A DNA stretch of 64,000 bases from Ginglymostoma cirratum (lineage: Eukaryota), in contig JAHRHZ010000070.1 in assembly GCA_024137785.1 (NCBI GenBank), forward strand, positions 15,963,153 to 16,027,152. Reading direction: 5' to 3'. A program made the position numbers and the translations under genes. Positions 49,333-60,889 of the stretch are shown here, in pieces (positions within the stretch are counted from its first letter, which is position 1; the number at the start of each line of letters is the position of its first letter). Below the pieces are notes generated by a model. It saw only the letters and a program-made list of their open reading frames with translations, searched no databases and was not told the origin of the DNA.

Positions 49333-49562
49333 AAAACTGAAAGAACTGGAGATGCCGTAAATCAGAGACAAAAATAGAAGTTGATGGAAAAGCTCAGCAG
49401 GTCAGGCAGCATGTGTGAAGAGAAATCAGAGTTGACGTTTCGGGTTCAGTGACCCTTCCCTAGAACTGAGCAAGAGTCACTCCAAACATTAACTCTGATT
49501 TCTCTCCACAGATGCTGCCAGACCTGCTGAGCTTTTCCAGAAATTTCTACTTTTGTCTCTTG
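49333..49562. mobile_element. Penelope-like terminal-repeat fragment duplicated as an inverted pair
   Basis: Arms 49364-49444 and 49481-49560 are reverse-complementary; single-arm copies at about 15745-15880, 29018-29140, 52905-52985. Confidence 0.7.
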
Positions 49563-50096
49563 TACTTTACGCACTTGGACACATCTGTGTGTGTCAGAAG
49601 AAAACAGCATGAAATGACTGTCTACCCACATTCAAAACATCCGACACCTTGAGCTTGCAAGTGTTATGTATGCTCCTAAAACTTGTAAATAAAGAAATAG
49701 TGTGGAGACTGCCTGTGATGATTAATTTTAAAACTGTTTTGCTTCTGTTCCTGCTGCTCAGTGGTAATACTGAAAAGTCTCAACCGTGCCCAATGAGGCA
49801 GAAGTGTGCTGGCACGTGAGAAAGTAATGACAAAGAAAAATTCCTGCCAAAAGAAAATCTTCTTGGGGAGCAAATGGTGTTGAGACGGATTCATTTGTAT
49901 CAGTAAATAGTTTACACACAGCGTGCAAAGTAAGGGATGCTGGCTACACATTTAATATCAGATTTTTATTTAAATTTGGACAAGGCAGTTCCTTTTTTGC
50001 AGATTTATGAACCATGTATCGCATTTACTGTCTTGAAAGGACCGTATGTGATAGATTTCTGCTGATGTACGGCTTCATTTGTTGCCTGGGGAATAA

Positions 50097-50465
<369 letters not shown>

Positions 50466-50547
50466 TAACCATGCTGTTTTGATGCTTTTTCAAATAATTC
50501 CAAGTAACTGGAGAGAAAATTGGTTCAGGGAAACCCAGTGGAGGGAG

Positions 50548-50645
50548 TTTTCTGAAGAAGGGTCTAGGCCCGAAACGTCCGCTTTCCTGCTCTTCTGATG
50601 CTGCTTGGCCTGCTGTGTTCATCCAGCTCTATACCTCTTATCTTA
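50548..50645 (+). mobile_element. Penelope-like terminal fragment carrying a minimal hammerhead-like motif
   Basis: CTGAAGA-A-GGGT-CTAG-GCCC-GAAA-CGTC followed by gatgctgcttggcctgctg. Confidence 0.6.
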
Positions 50646-50789
50646 AACCCAGTGGAAGCCTCGCTACTTCCCAAAATGAAAACCTACAAATGTACAGTTT
50701 CTTTATCTATTGTTTTAGGTGACACAAGGGCAGAAGGGAAGGAGATCAGAAAATTGGTTAAATGGATTCATCAGAGGGATAGGGACGAC

Positions 50790-51180
50790 TTCTTGGAGGG
50801 AAGGTGGCTAAGAAAGGAACTAACAGAAGTTTTCAAAATCGCGAGGGGACTGGATAGAGTAGATAGGGAAGTTCTGTTTCTGCTTTTGAAGGGAATCAAG
50901 AACAAGAGAGCACAGATTGAAAGCAATTTGCAAAAGAAGCAACTGCACTGCGAGAAAAAAGCTTTTTCACACACTGAGTGGTTCAGTCTGGAATGCACTG
51001 TCTGGAAGTGTGGTGAAGGCGGGTTCAATTGAGGCATTCAGAATGGAGTAGCGTGGTTACTTAAAGAGAAACAGTATGCAAGGATATGGGAAAAGGTAGG
51101 AGAAAGGCACTAAATCACGATGCTGTTTGGACAGTCAGTCAGACAGAATGGTCCCAATGTCCTGTAACAATTCTGTGTTA
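50790..51180 (+). mobile_element. CR1 LINE 3' end
   Basis: LRKELTEVFKIARGLDRVDREVLF. Confidence 0.8.
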
Positions 51181-52403
51181 AACAATTGGTATTTTTGTTT
51201 GATAAGGCAAAGGAGTGTCTGAGGTGAATCACACATAGACACAGTCTTTTTGAAGAACGTATATACTCCGTCAGCTGTGGATTGTTGGTGTCCTCAAGTA
51301 AATGTCGCTGATCGTTTCACAAAGTAGAAAGGAAAATTGAAGCCTATGTGTTAATTTTGCTCTTGGATAACCTCATCAACTTGTGTGCCATAAATCAGAT
51401 AGATCAATTATTCATTGTTGATCATAGACCCAATCACTTTGATTTCTCGTACGGACAATTTGAATGGCCTCTTGCAAGATTGACTGTTCCCCGTTGCTGT
51501 TCACAATCCAGCGTTCAGTCTCACACATCAGAGCTGACTAACCTGAGGTCTTTGAGAGAAGGTGACTATTACAGAGTCTGCCTTTGAAAGGAGAGCAATT
51601 TGAAAAGAAACAGGAAGGATACCTAATTTTGGGCTGGTGGTGATCTATTGTGGAAAATATATGCCATATGACTAGGCCAAAGCTAATAGTGGCTTACTTC
51701 ACTTTGTGTTTATATGTTTGCTGCAGAGAGCATGCAGAGTGAGCTATTAGCTAGGCATCAACTTATCAATTGCTTTTAGGTAGAATTTATTTCAACTCCC
51801 ATCGTGAAGTTAACGGTTGACAAGTTTGTGTCTGGCGTGGTAGCATCAGTCTTCCTTCCCTAGTAATCGATGTGTCCATTATACAAGTGTTGGTCTTGAC
51901 AATGACATGGGTGGCAGATCTGAGCTGTCACCCAGATTTTACACACACATACACGACCAACTAGCATTACTGTCAGGATGGAAGATTGTCGCCAAATTGT
52001 TTCTCATGCTTGACCCAAAAGTCCACATCAGAATTGGAATCATATGGTCCGGTGTGGCTCTGGGACAGAAACTGAGTTTTTTTAAGACTCTTCGGTCATT
52101 CCCTTAGCCTCTTGCCAGGTGAGAGACCAGAGAAATGTCACACAAACCCCAATTTTGGCCGCACTTGTCGCTTGGAAGAGATCTTCAGATTTCTCTCCAA
52201 CATTATGCTTTTAAGTAACCATACTCAAATTGTAAGGTCATGAGTGAGATGTCAGGTACTTGAATAAGGTGGTTACTGTAATAATGCAGAATTCTGACAG
52301 TGTCAATTCATTCGTTGTCGTGAATATAAGGTGCATTTGGTTTGAGAGTATGTTGCATCTGCATCTGTGACAATGGCACCACTGATAAATTCCATCTTGT
52401 TAA

Positions 52404-52604
<201 letters not shown>

Positions 52605-52785
52605 TGAAAGTCATTAAATGCTGAAGTGGTTGTTAAGTGAGAGCTAGATTGTGTCTGAAAGGGTAGTTTACCAACTTAAACCTAAAACTGGAGAGCTAAC
52701 TGAGAGGAACCCATAGTGTGGAAAATTTCCTTGCTGTCTAATCTTGGCTAATGTTCCAGACGCTCTATGCAATATGCATTGATAG

Positions 52786-52887
<102 letters not shown>

Positions 52888-54417
52888 TAAGTAAAGGATT
52901 TGAGCTAAAATAAAAACAATACTCCAGATGCTGGAAATCTGAAGTAAAAACAGCAAATATCTGGCAGTATCTGTGGAGCAAGAGATTCAGCCATTGTAAG
53001 AGAATTGTGCATCTTCACCCATGAAGTGCCATGATGTTTGTTTGCTGCTTCAGGATCCTTTTTTTTTAAATATTGCTTCCTTTTAGATACAACAATTGTA
53101 CTTGCGTAGCTTGATTGGATAAAACATAAACGCTAAAAACTTCCCTCAAAAGCTATGCGTTGGTTTGTGAGACAGACTGCAGATTGGGTCTGCCTTTCCA
53201 AGATTTCATGGTGCAATTCTAAAATGAGCAGGAAATTTTCCCAGACATCCTGGCCACCATTCCTTCCTTCAACACTACTGAAATAAAGTTAACTAGTTAT
53301 TTCTGTTGCTGGAGTTTGTCCTGTTTGCTGATACAACAGTGCATTAACTTTCTGAGGGACGAAATGAACTGCTTTATTAGTGCAAGTGTCATTTTACTTG
53401 AAAATAGAAGGGGCATCAGTATGCACAGAATCCTTGCTATTTCTCTGTGGGTCTATCCAAATTGCTGTTTGCACAGAAAAGTTACCCGTGGGAATTCTCA
53501 GTTAAATGTAGAGATTTCTTTATTCCCACAGAAGATTGATTTGAGTAAAACGCAGCAGAGACCATTTCTGCTTGTGTTTGTTTTTCTTTCCTGCTCAATT
53601 CAGTAAACAGTGGCAGGTAAAACATCTCAAAACAAAATATTCTTTGTCACGGAGCCATTGTGCTATGGAAGGCATCTGTTTGGCCCATCAGGTCCATGCT
53701 GCCTCTCTGTAGAGTCCCTTTCTCCTGGTTTAACCCCTTGGCACCACAATTATGTTCAAACCTCTTTCGTTTTCAAGAATTCTTTCCCCCTTGTTGACAT
53801 TATCCAGGGCATATTTATTCTGCAGGCTTTTGGGTGTTTGCCAGACTACATGTTCCATCTAAAGCCTTCTGCATTCAGCCGTAAAGCTCGTGTGTACTGC
53901 ACTGGTTGATCTTGGGTTTATATTCACTTCAGAAAAAGTTGGAAAATGAAAAATCTCCCGACATCATCAGAGAATTGGCTTTAGATTTTTCTCCTGTCAT
54001 CAAAGATAGAACTGTGCAGCAAAAAAGGAGGCCATTCAGCCCTTTAGGTGCCAGTTTTTTGAAGGCCATTCAATTAGTCACGTTCCTCTGCTGTTTTGTC
54101 ACAGACTTAGTGTCTACTTTTCTGTTGTTTATCCAGTTTGCCTTTGAAATTATTACCGAATCTGTTTCCATCACCTCTTCAGGAAGAATGTTCCAGATCA
54201 CAAGTGGGTCATGAAAAACCAATCTTCATTCAAATTGCCCCATATCAGCCTCTTTTAGTCCTCTGAATGGAATCAACTTCTCTCTACACACCCTATCAAA
54301 ACTCCTAGTTTTAATTTCAAAGAAATTGGGTGATTGTTACACTTCATCCTGAAATGATAACTGTGTGTCCACTTTTGTAAGGAAGTTACTGACAATATTC
54401 TTTTCCTTCAATGGCAG

Positions 54418-54486
54418 TAAAACAGCTCTCCTGGAAGGACTTGAAGTTGACCAGTACATGTGGAGCATCCTATCCAATATTCAAAA
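54418..54486 (+). CDS. ZMIZ1: ZMIZ1-like coding exon N
   Basis: aatggcag|T...CAAAA|gtaggt; 69 nt; KTALLEGLEVDQYMWSILSNIQ(N). Confidence 0.95.
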
Positions 54487-55339
54487 GTAGGTTTTACTTA
54501 AGGTGGTTTTCTTTTGTCTGGTCATTGTGAAAAGCAAATCGAGTCTAGCTGCCTAGTCTATTTAGGAATTCCACAATTATAAATGAGGGTGCTTTTGTCT
54601 TCCAAATGTGGAGGCGATGGCATCCATGTCTACCACAACTACACCTGACACGGCAGAAGGCTGTCCACTAATAGTGAAGAAGGTTTGACCTTTTGAGGTT
54701 GTATTGTGTGTTCCTCTCGTGCAACTCATTTGTTGTGTCAGAGTTCTTCCAAGCATTACAGCATCAGACCTCAAGGCTGAGGGGAGATCATTGATTGATC
54801 TATTATTACCTGGTATTGCTCATGATTGACCTATTGCACATGCGAGTTTGCTGGAAACTGTGTTTGTTCAGGTATATATTAGCTAAACCAGCACATTAAA
54901 GGAAAACTGAATTCTGAACCTGAATTCCGCATCCAATTCTGAGCAGCTCTGGTATTTGTTTGCCAAACTACATAGTGACACCCTCACAGTCTGGCACAGC
55001 ACAATGTTTCTTCTAAATAATGTAATCCATTGAAGAGACCCTAAACAGAAGCTCCTAGAATGTTTCATCTCATAACCAAATTTATCTTGGTCTCCTTTTA
55101 CTCTGTTGCCTATTGCCAGTTTTTGAAAGCATGTTTTGAGTAAGCAGAACTTGAACATTTAATTGCAGTGCAAAGTCATGTACTTTGTTTTGACAAATGC
55201 AAGTTCCCAATAGGAAGAAACCTTTCAAAATCGAAATGAAGAAAACTCTTGTTAGAACTCCATTGTTCACTGTAGCTCGGTGATGACAATTTGAGCTTTG
55301 AGTCATGAGTCAAGCTGTTTCAGTCCATGATCCAGGATG

Positions 55340-55630
55340 GCATTTTACTGCAGTACTGAGGGAATGCTGCATGGTCAGAGGTACCAACTTGTTGATGAGA
55401 AACCTCCAAGAGGACACAGAAAAGATCCCTTCCAGAAAGTCAAAGGGCCTTCTCCTAGTGTGCTGGCTAATGTTTATCTCTCAAACAACATGCATGCAAG
55501 GACGATCATCTGGTATCAAAGCTTATTACTATTTGCGGGATCTTGCCGTTCACAAACACAGCTGTGTCTCCAAAATTTACTTTGTTGATCGTGTGCTACC
55601 TTGCAATCATGAAACATGCTATTTAAATAC
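55340..55630 (+). mobile_element. Deu-domain SINE remnant
   Basis: cagtactgagggaatgctgca...gtgtgctggctaatgtttatctctcaaacaaca. Confidence 0.6.
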
Positions 55631-56065
55631 CCTTACCCTCAAATACAAATCACATTTACCATGCCACTTCCAACAGTCTAAATTCCCATCTATTTAAATC
55701 ATGTTTGTTTGAGAAGTTAGATCCAGACATTCTGATCTCATCTGATACTGGATGCATATAATCGAGAATACTATTTGGGGTGTTGAGCTACCAAATTTTA
55801 GCTCTCTTTAAACTTCCAGTATTCCCTCTGCAGATGTGGTCTAAACTGTCTATTCATATAAGGCCAATTAGAGACCAGTGCTATCATAAATTTCCTGCTT
55901 CCAGGTCAGAAGAACCCAGCGTGATCTTCCTGCGGTCAAAAGGTTAAAGGTCAGCTGGTATAAGACATTTATCATTTGTTAAGTGATAGGTGTCTGCAGG
56001 AAATAAGAAATTATTTTAAATATTTTGCAGTAGCTGCTTGTTAAATCTTCTCTGTATCACTCCAG

Positions 56066-56313
56066 CTCAGAGTTTGAAGAGGTCACCATTGATCCAACGT
56101 GCAGTTGGAGACCAGTTCCACTGAAGTCTGACATTCACATCAAAGATGACCCAGATGGCCCACTGTCCAAGAGGTTTAAAACCATGAGTCCCAGTCAAAT
56201 GATTATGCCAAATGTCATGGAGATGATTGCAGCTCTGGGACCCGGTCCATCACCATACCCTTCCTTACCTCCTCCACCGGGAGGCAACAGTGGCAATGAA
56301 TATGGCAACCCAG
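56066..56313 (+). CDS. ZMIZ1: ZMIZ1-like coding exon O
   Basis: cactccag|C...CCAG|gtaggt; 248 nt; [82 protein letters not shown]. Confidence 0.96.
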
Positions 56314-57479
56314 GTAGGTTCCACTATGAATTTAGAATTTAATTATTCATCCATACATATCATCAGCATTGCATTTATCCAGCTTGCTGGGGTACTGAAT
56401 AAAGCTGTTGTCAAGAGATTTTATTTTAAGTTCTTCTCAACTGTGATATCTGTACAGAATTATTATTTTTTCATTCTGCAGGTTAATATGTGTCTTTTGT
56501 ATGTGTCAAAAGCATTAGTGTGAGTGTATTTTGCTTGTTGGAATCTTTCATTCCAAGTCCCAGTGTACCAGACGCAGAGATAGACATTGACAATCTGGCC
56601 CAAAGAAGAGCAACTTTCATCTTCCAGCTGGATTCCAGAACGTTATAAACATTAAAATAGATAGTGGATCTTAATTCAAGACTGGATCTCAAACATAGAA
56701 ATTCACTTTAGGTAGCTTTCAAGATACTATGAAAAGTAGATCATTAGTTAGATGATCGCTGAAGCACCATAGCATACAAGGCTATGGACCAAAGGGTCTC
56801 CTTCCATGCTGTAAAACTCTTGACTCTAAGTAGCATAAAGGTGCAATGTCATTCTGAGGAGCAAATGCACCCAATTTATAGGTCCTACATCTGTAAGTAG
56901 GTGCTGACCTATGTGTATGTAATGCCTAGACAATTGTAATTGAGGCTGAGACCCCCTTTGAAACAGAGCTGAATCTGTTGTAATTGGGCTTGGCTACTGG
57001 GAGGTTTTCTCTATAGATTGAAAGTGTCAGAAGTATTTGTCGCAATGTGATTCCTTTGCTCTGGAGAACAGCAAGAATTAAACAGATGTGTGAGGATGGC
57101 TGAATATTTTGCAGTTTTGCCTGATTTGAGTGGTGACAATGAGGAATCAGTGATTTTTTTAAAATTTCTATTAATGCGTCAGGCAATGAATTGGGCGGAT
57201 GGAGTGTTTCCCAGGAGAACATGTTGTTTATGACTTATGAATGGAAGTCACTTGATGAGTCTTGTCGCCCATATCCACCTTATGCATTTTAGAATCGTGG
57301 TGAATGTACAATATGTTAAAGGCATATGATCTTTACATGACCACCAACAGGCTGAATGATCTGTGGATATATAAGAGCCATGCTCACAGTTGTGCTCAGT
57401 TAGCCTCCATGTCTGATTGGCATCATATAGCAGGAATCCTAGTCATTTTTTATTTCATTGGTTTAAAAGCACTAGGAAC

Positions 57480-57990
57480 AACTTGTAGAGTCCTGACTGC
57501 TGCCTCAGTTCACCAGGGTGATGGAATATCTGCACTTGCCTGGATGGGTGCAGCTCCTACAGCGTTTAAAAACCTCAACGCCCTCCAAGACAATCCATGC
57601 CTTCGACATTCACACCCTCCACCATCAACACACAATAACAGCAGTGGGTATCGTGTATGAAATACACTGCAGCAAATAGCCAAGCCAACTTCAGTGGCAT
57701 CTTACAAATCTGTGACCTCCACCATATACAAGGACAAAGGCAGCAGATGCATAGGGGTGTCACAACCTGCAAGTACCCCTCCAAGCCAATCACCGTCCTG
57801 TCTTGGGACTATATTGTCATTCCTCCCTTGTGGCTGGTTCAAAATGCTTGAACTCCCTTTCTATCAACAGCTATTTAACATTCAGATCGCATTAACTGCA
57901 GCAGTTCAAGAAGGCAACTCGCCATCACCTTTGCAAGGCTAATTAAGAATGGGCAACAAATCCTGGCACATCCACCAATGCCTGCATACT
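57480..57990 (+). mobile_element. LINE-B 3' fragment
   Basis: gtgatggaatatctgcacttgcctggatgggtgcagctcc...cagttcaagaaggcaactcgccatcacc; same family as 9700-10320. Confidence 0.75.
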
Positions 57991-58696
57991 GAGAGAGGTG
58001 TTTTCTTAAAAATCTTGTGCTGTACTGGCTGTCAGCTGTAAATTGAACCAAAGACATCCTGGTCTGTAGTGGATGCAGTGTAAAGAGGTCCATTTATGCA
58101 CCAGACCACATGTGGGTTTATGTAACAGCATAAGTAAGGTAGCTGAAGGATGTCACTGCCTCATAAATATGTGCAAGAGAAAAGAAACCCAAAATAACAG
58201 AGCAAAACCTAAGCAGTTCACTGCCAAATATGAGATGGCCACATTATCTCATGGTATTTACAAGACTGTAGAGCACCCAGAAACTGGGATATTAACAGTC
58301 CTTAATGCGAAGTATCAAAGTGCTCTCCGCTCAGAGCTGTGGACTGAGAGGAAGTGAAATTTGATTCCAGCATGTCACACTTTGATTTTACTGTTGGGAG
58401 GTGACAAAAAATTAGTTGGTGGCTTTTTAAAAAGAAGAAAAAATGTTCTGAGTTTTTCCAAAATGATTGAGATTTGCATCATTTAGCCCATGAGTTTCTG
58501 TCCAACTCTTGAAATGTTCATTTCTGCAACTGACAACACAAGGGAGGAGAGGGCAAGCTAATATTCCATTTTGTCAGAGCTGAGGTTTTTGTTTAGGATG
58601 CACCAATTTCTCTGAGCCAGCTTCAGTCCTGAACAGGATGCAGATTGTTTTGAGAAGGCAGACTTGTTAATAACACTGTCATAATCCTCCCAAAAG

Positions 58697-58860
58697 GTAA
58701 CACTTACCCCAGCCATGGGAACTTCGATTTCCCACATGGCAACCCTGCTGGTACTTCTGTGAACGACTTCATGCATGGGCCCCAGTTGTCGCACCCTCCA
58801 GACATGCCCAACAGCCTTATGACTCCTGACAAGCCTCTCAGCCACTCCATGCCTGACCAG
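58697..58860 (+). CDS. ZMIZ1: ZMIZ1-like coding exon P (C-terminal transactivation region)
   Basis: cctcccaaaag|GT...GACCAG|gtaagt; 164 nt; (G)[54 protein letters not shown]. The acceptor is weak and was placed by phase and homology. Confidence 0.9.
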
Positions 58861-60652
58861 GTAAGTGATGCCATTTGTGTGCGTCTCTCCCCTTTTGTTT
58901 CAAACAGTGACCTTTTGCATTTGCACTTGGGATGCATTCAGCCTATGCAGTGTCCATTGTGGGGGACCTGTGCTTGTGACAGTATTCCAAGCCAACCTGT
59001 GACAGATAGGGAGCACAGATGTGAATTATGTTAATGGGATAAGGTGAGATACAGCAAAGATCAAAGCACTGCTGATGATCCCAGAGGGAAACATTGGAAA
59101 GTAACTAAGTAAATTTGCCACCCAAAGTCCTTTTAATTAACTCTCTGCAAATATTTCTGTCTGGTTGTGTATCTGAGTGTGTAATGTGGCTTGGAATGTT
59201 TCTCTACAGTACTGACATTTTTCATCTGCCTTGTTTTTATTTCTCTCTCCATACAAATCTGGTCTGCTTTTGTCTGTGCTTATTTCACTGTTATTTCACA
59301 CAAATGGAATACAAGGGCAACTAGCACTTTATGTTGTTAAAGTTGCTACAAACATCCCATTGTTTTGTCACTCACAGGGAGCGCCAGACGGTTACAAGTC
59401 GCCTTACCAGGTTGACGATCTTTTACACAGAATGTGTAAAAATAAAACAACAGAAGGTTCATGAAAAGTCTCCCCAATCTGGTGAAGCCCAACCTTTCCC
59501 ACTTAAGCAATACCTTTGGTATTGTTGGATGGGCTTGTTCATCCCCCACCCATCCAAAATAAAATTGGGTTGGATCCTGCATGTTCTCTTAACTAGACAA
59601 CTGTATTGAGGAACGGTCTGTCCCTCGATGAAAAGATTCTGATGTTACTGTGTTGCTTATGGAGGTTTTTGCTGCAAACTTTCATTCCTCACCACCACAT
59701 CAAAGGCAGAGATGTATTTGCTTGTCTGTCCTTTGATGTTGGAAAGCTACAGCTGTCATAATGGAGCTTCCCTGAAAAAATAATCTGCTTCTACCTCCAC
59801 ACACTCATACACACAAACACACATGCTCATATACACAGGGAAAAAGGGTGTTTTTCAGAGAGGTTGGGGATTTGGGAGCAGGGAATGTCTTCAACTCTGC
59901 AGTATTGAGCCCAATGGGGAAAATGTTGTTCAAGTCAGGACAGGAGAGTGACAAGACTTTTTATTTCATGACACACAAGTAGTGACTAACAAAAGACTGT
60001 CTTTAAAGCAAGTACTTTTAATCAGCATTACAGCTAATCTGTGTTAGAGACCATATTTCTTTCTCTATGCCTACCCACAGTGACTGAATACAAGAACCTG
60101 CACAGCAAAGGTTCAGGAAAATCTCCATAACGTTTTTGCAATGTTATTTGCTAAAAATTATTTTCAAAGGTAGATCACCATTAATATTTCTCACATGTCC
60201 CCTCTAAAAGTGGTTTAGGAAGGTATCACTTTTGTTTTGGGGCAGTGGTATTAGTTGCAAGTTCATTTCCGGCAAACGACAAGGATACTTTCTCTTTAAA
60301 ATGACCCACTGCGTGCTGTTGTGAGGTACCATTGATGGTGACTGAGAGAGGCAAGCATCTAGAGCTTCAGTGGTAACATTGGGAGATGTTCACAGTGAGT
60401 GAGTCTTTAGATGATGCTGTTCTCTCCAGTTGTGGGTAGGTTTTCTTAATTATTCAAAGTATGGTAGTGGTTAGGTGTTGCAAGTTAATGCTGCAGAGTT
60501 GATTTCCTTCTAAGTCTCCAGTGAGATTCAAAATTTCTTGAAGTGGGGATTGGCTTTCTCCTGTCTAATGGCTGGGTTTGGTATTAACATTCTTCAGACA
60601 TCTTGAGCACTGTACCTTGTGGCCTCACTCTCTCCTGCTTCCTCCTTCGCAG

Positions 60653-60889
60653 ATGCCTCATCCTGGCAGTACTGATCAGTCCCATAGTTCCATGCAGCAA
60701 GGTTTGCACGCACTTCACCCCAGCAGCCAGTCAGGGCAGCCATTACACCACAGTGGTCCTAGCCAGCAGCCCCGGCAGGCTGGTTCTAGCAACCATCCGC
60801 ACAGTGATCTGACCTTTCGCCCTTCCTCCACCTTGGAAGGTCAGGCTGGTGGTCAGGGAACGTCCGACATGCCGGAACCCTCACTGGAT
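60653..60889 (+). CDS. ZMIZ1: ZMIZ1-like coding exon Q (penultimate coding exon by homology)
   Basis: ccttcgcag|ATG...CTGGAT|gtaagt; 237 nt; [19 protein letters not shown]...[32 protein letters not shown]. Confidence 0.95.
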
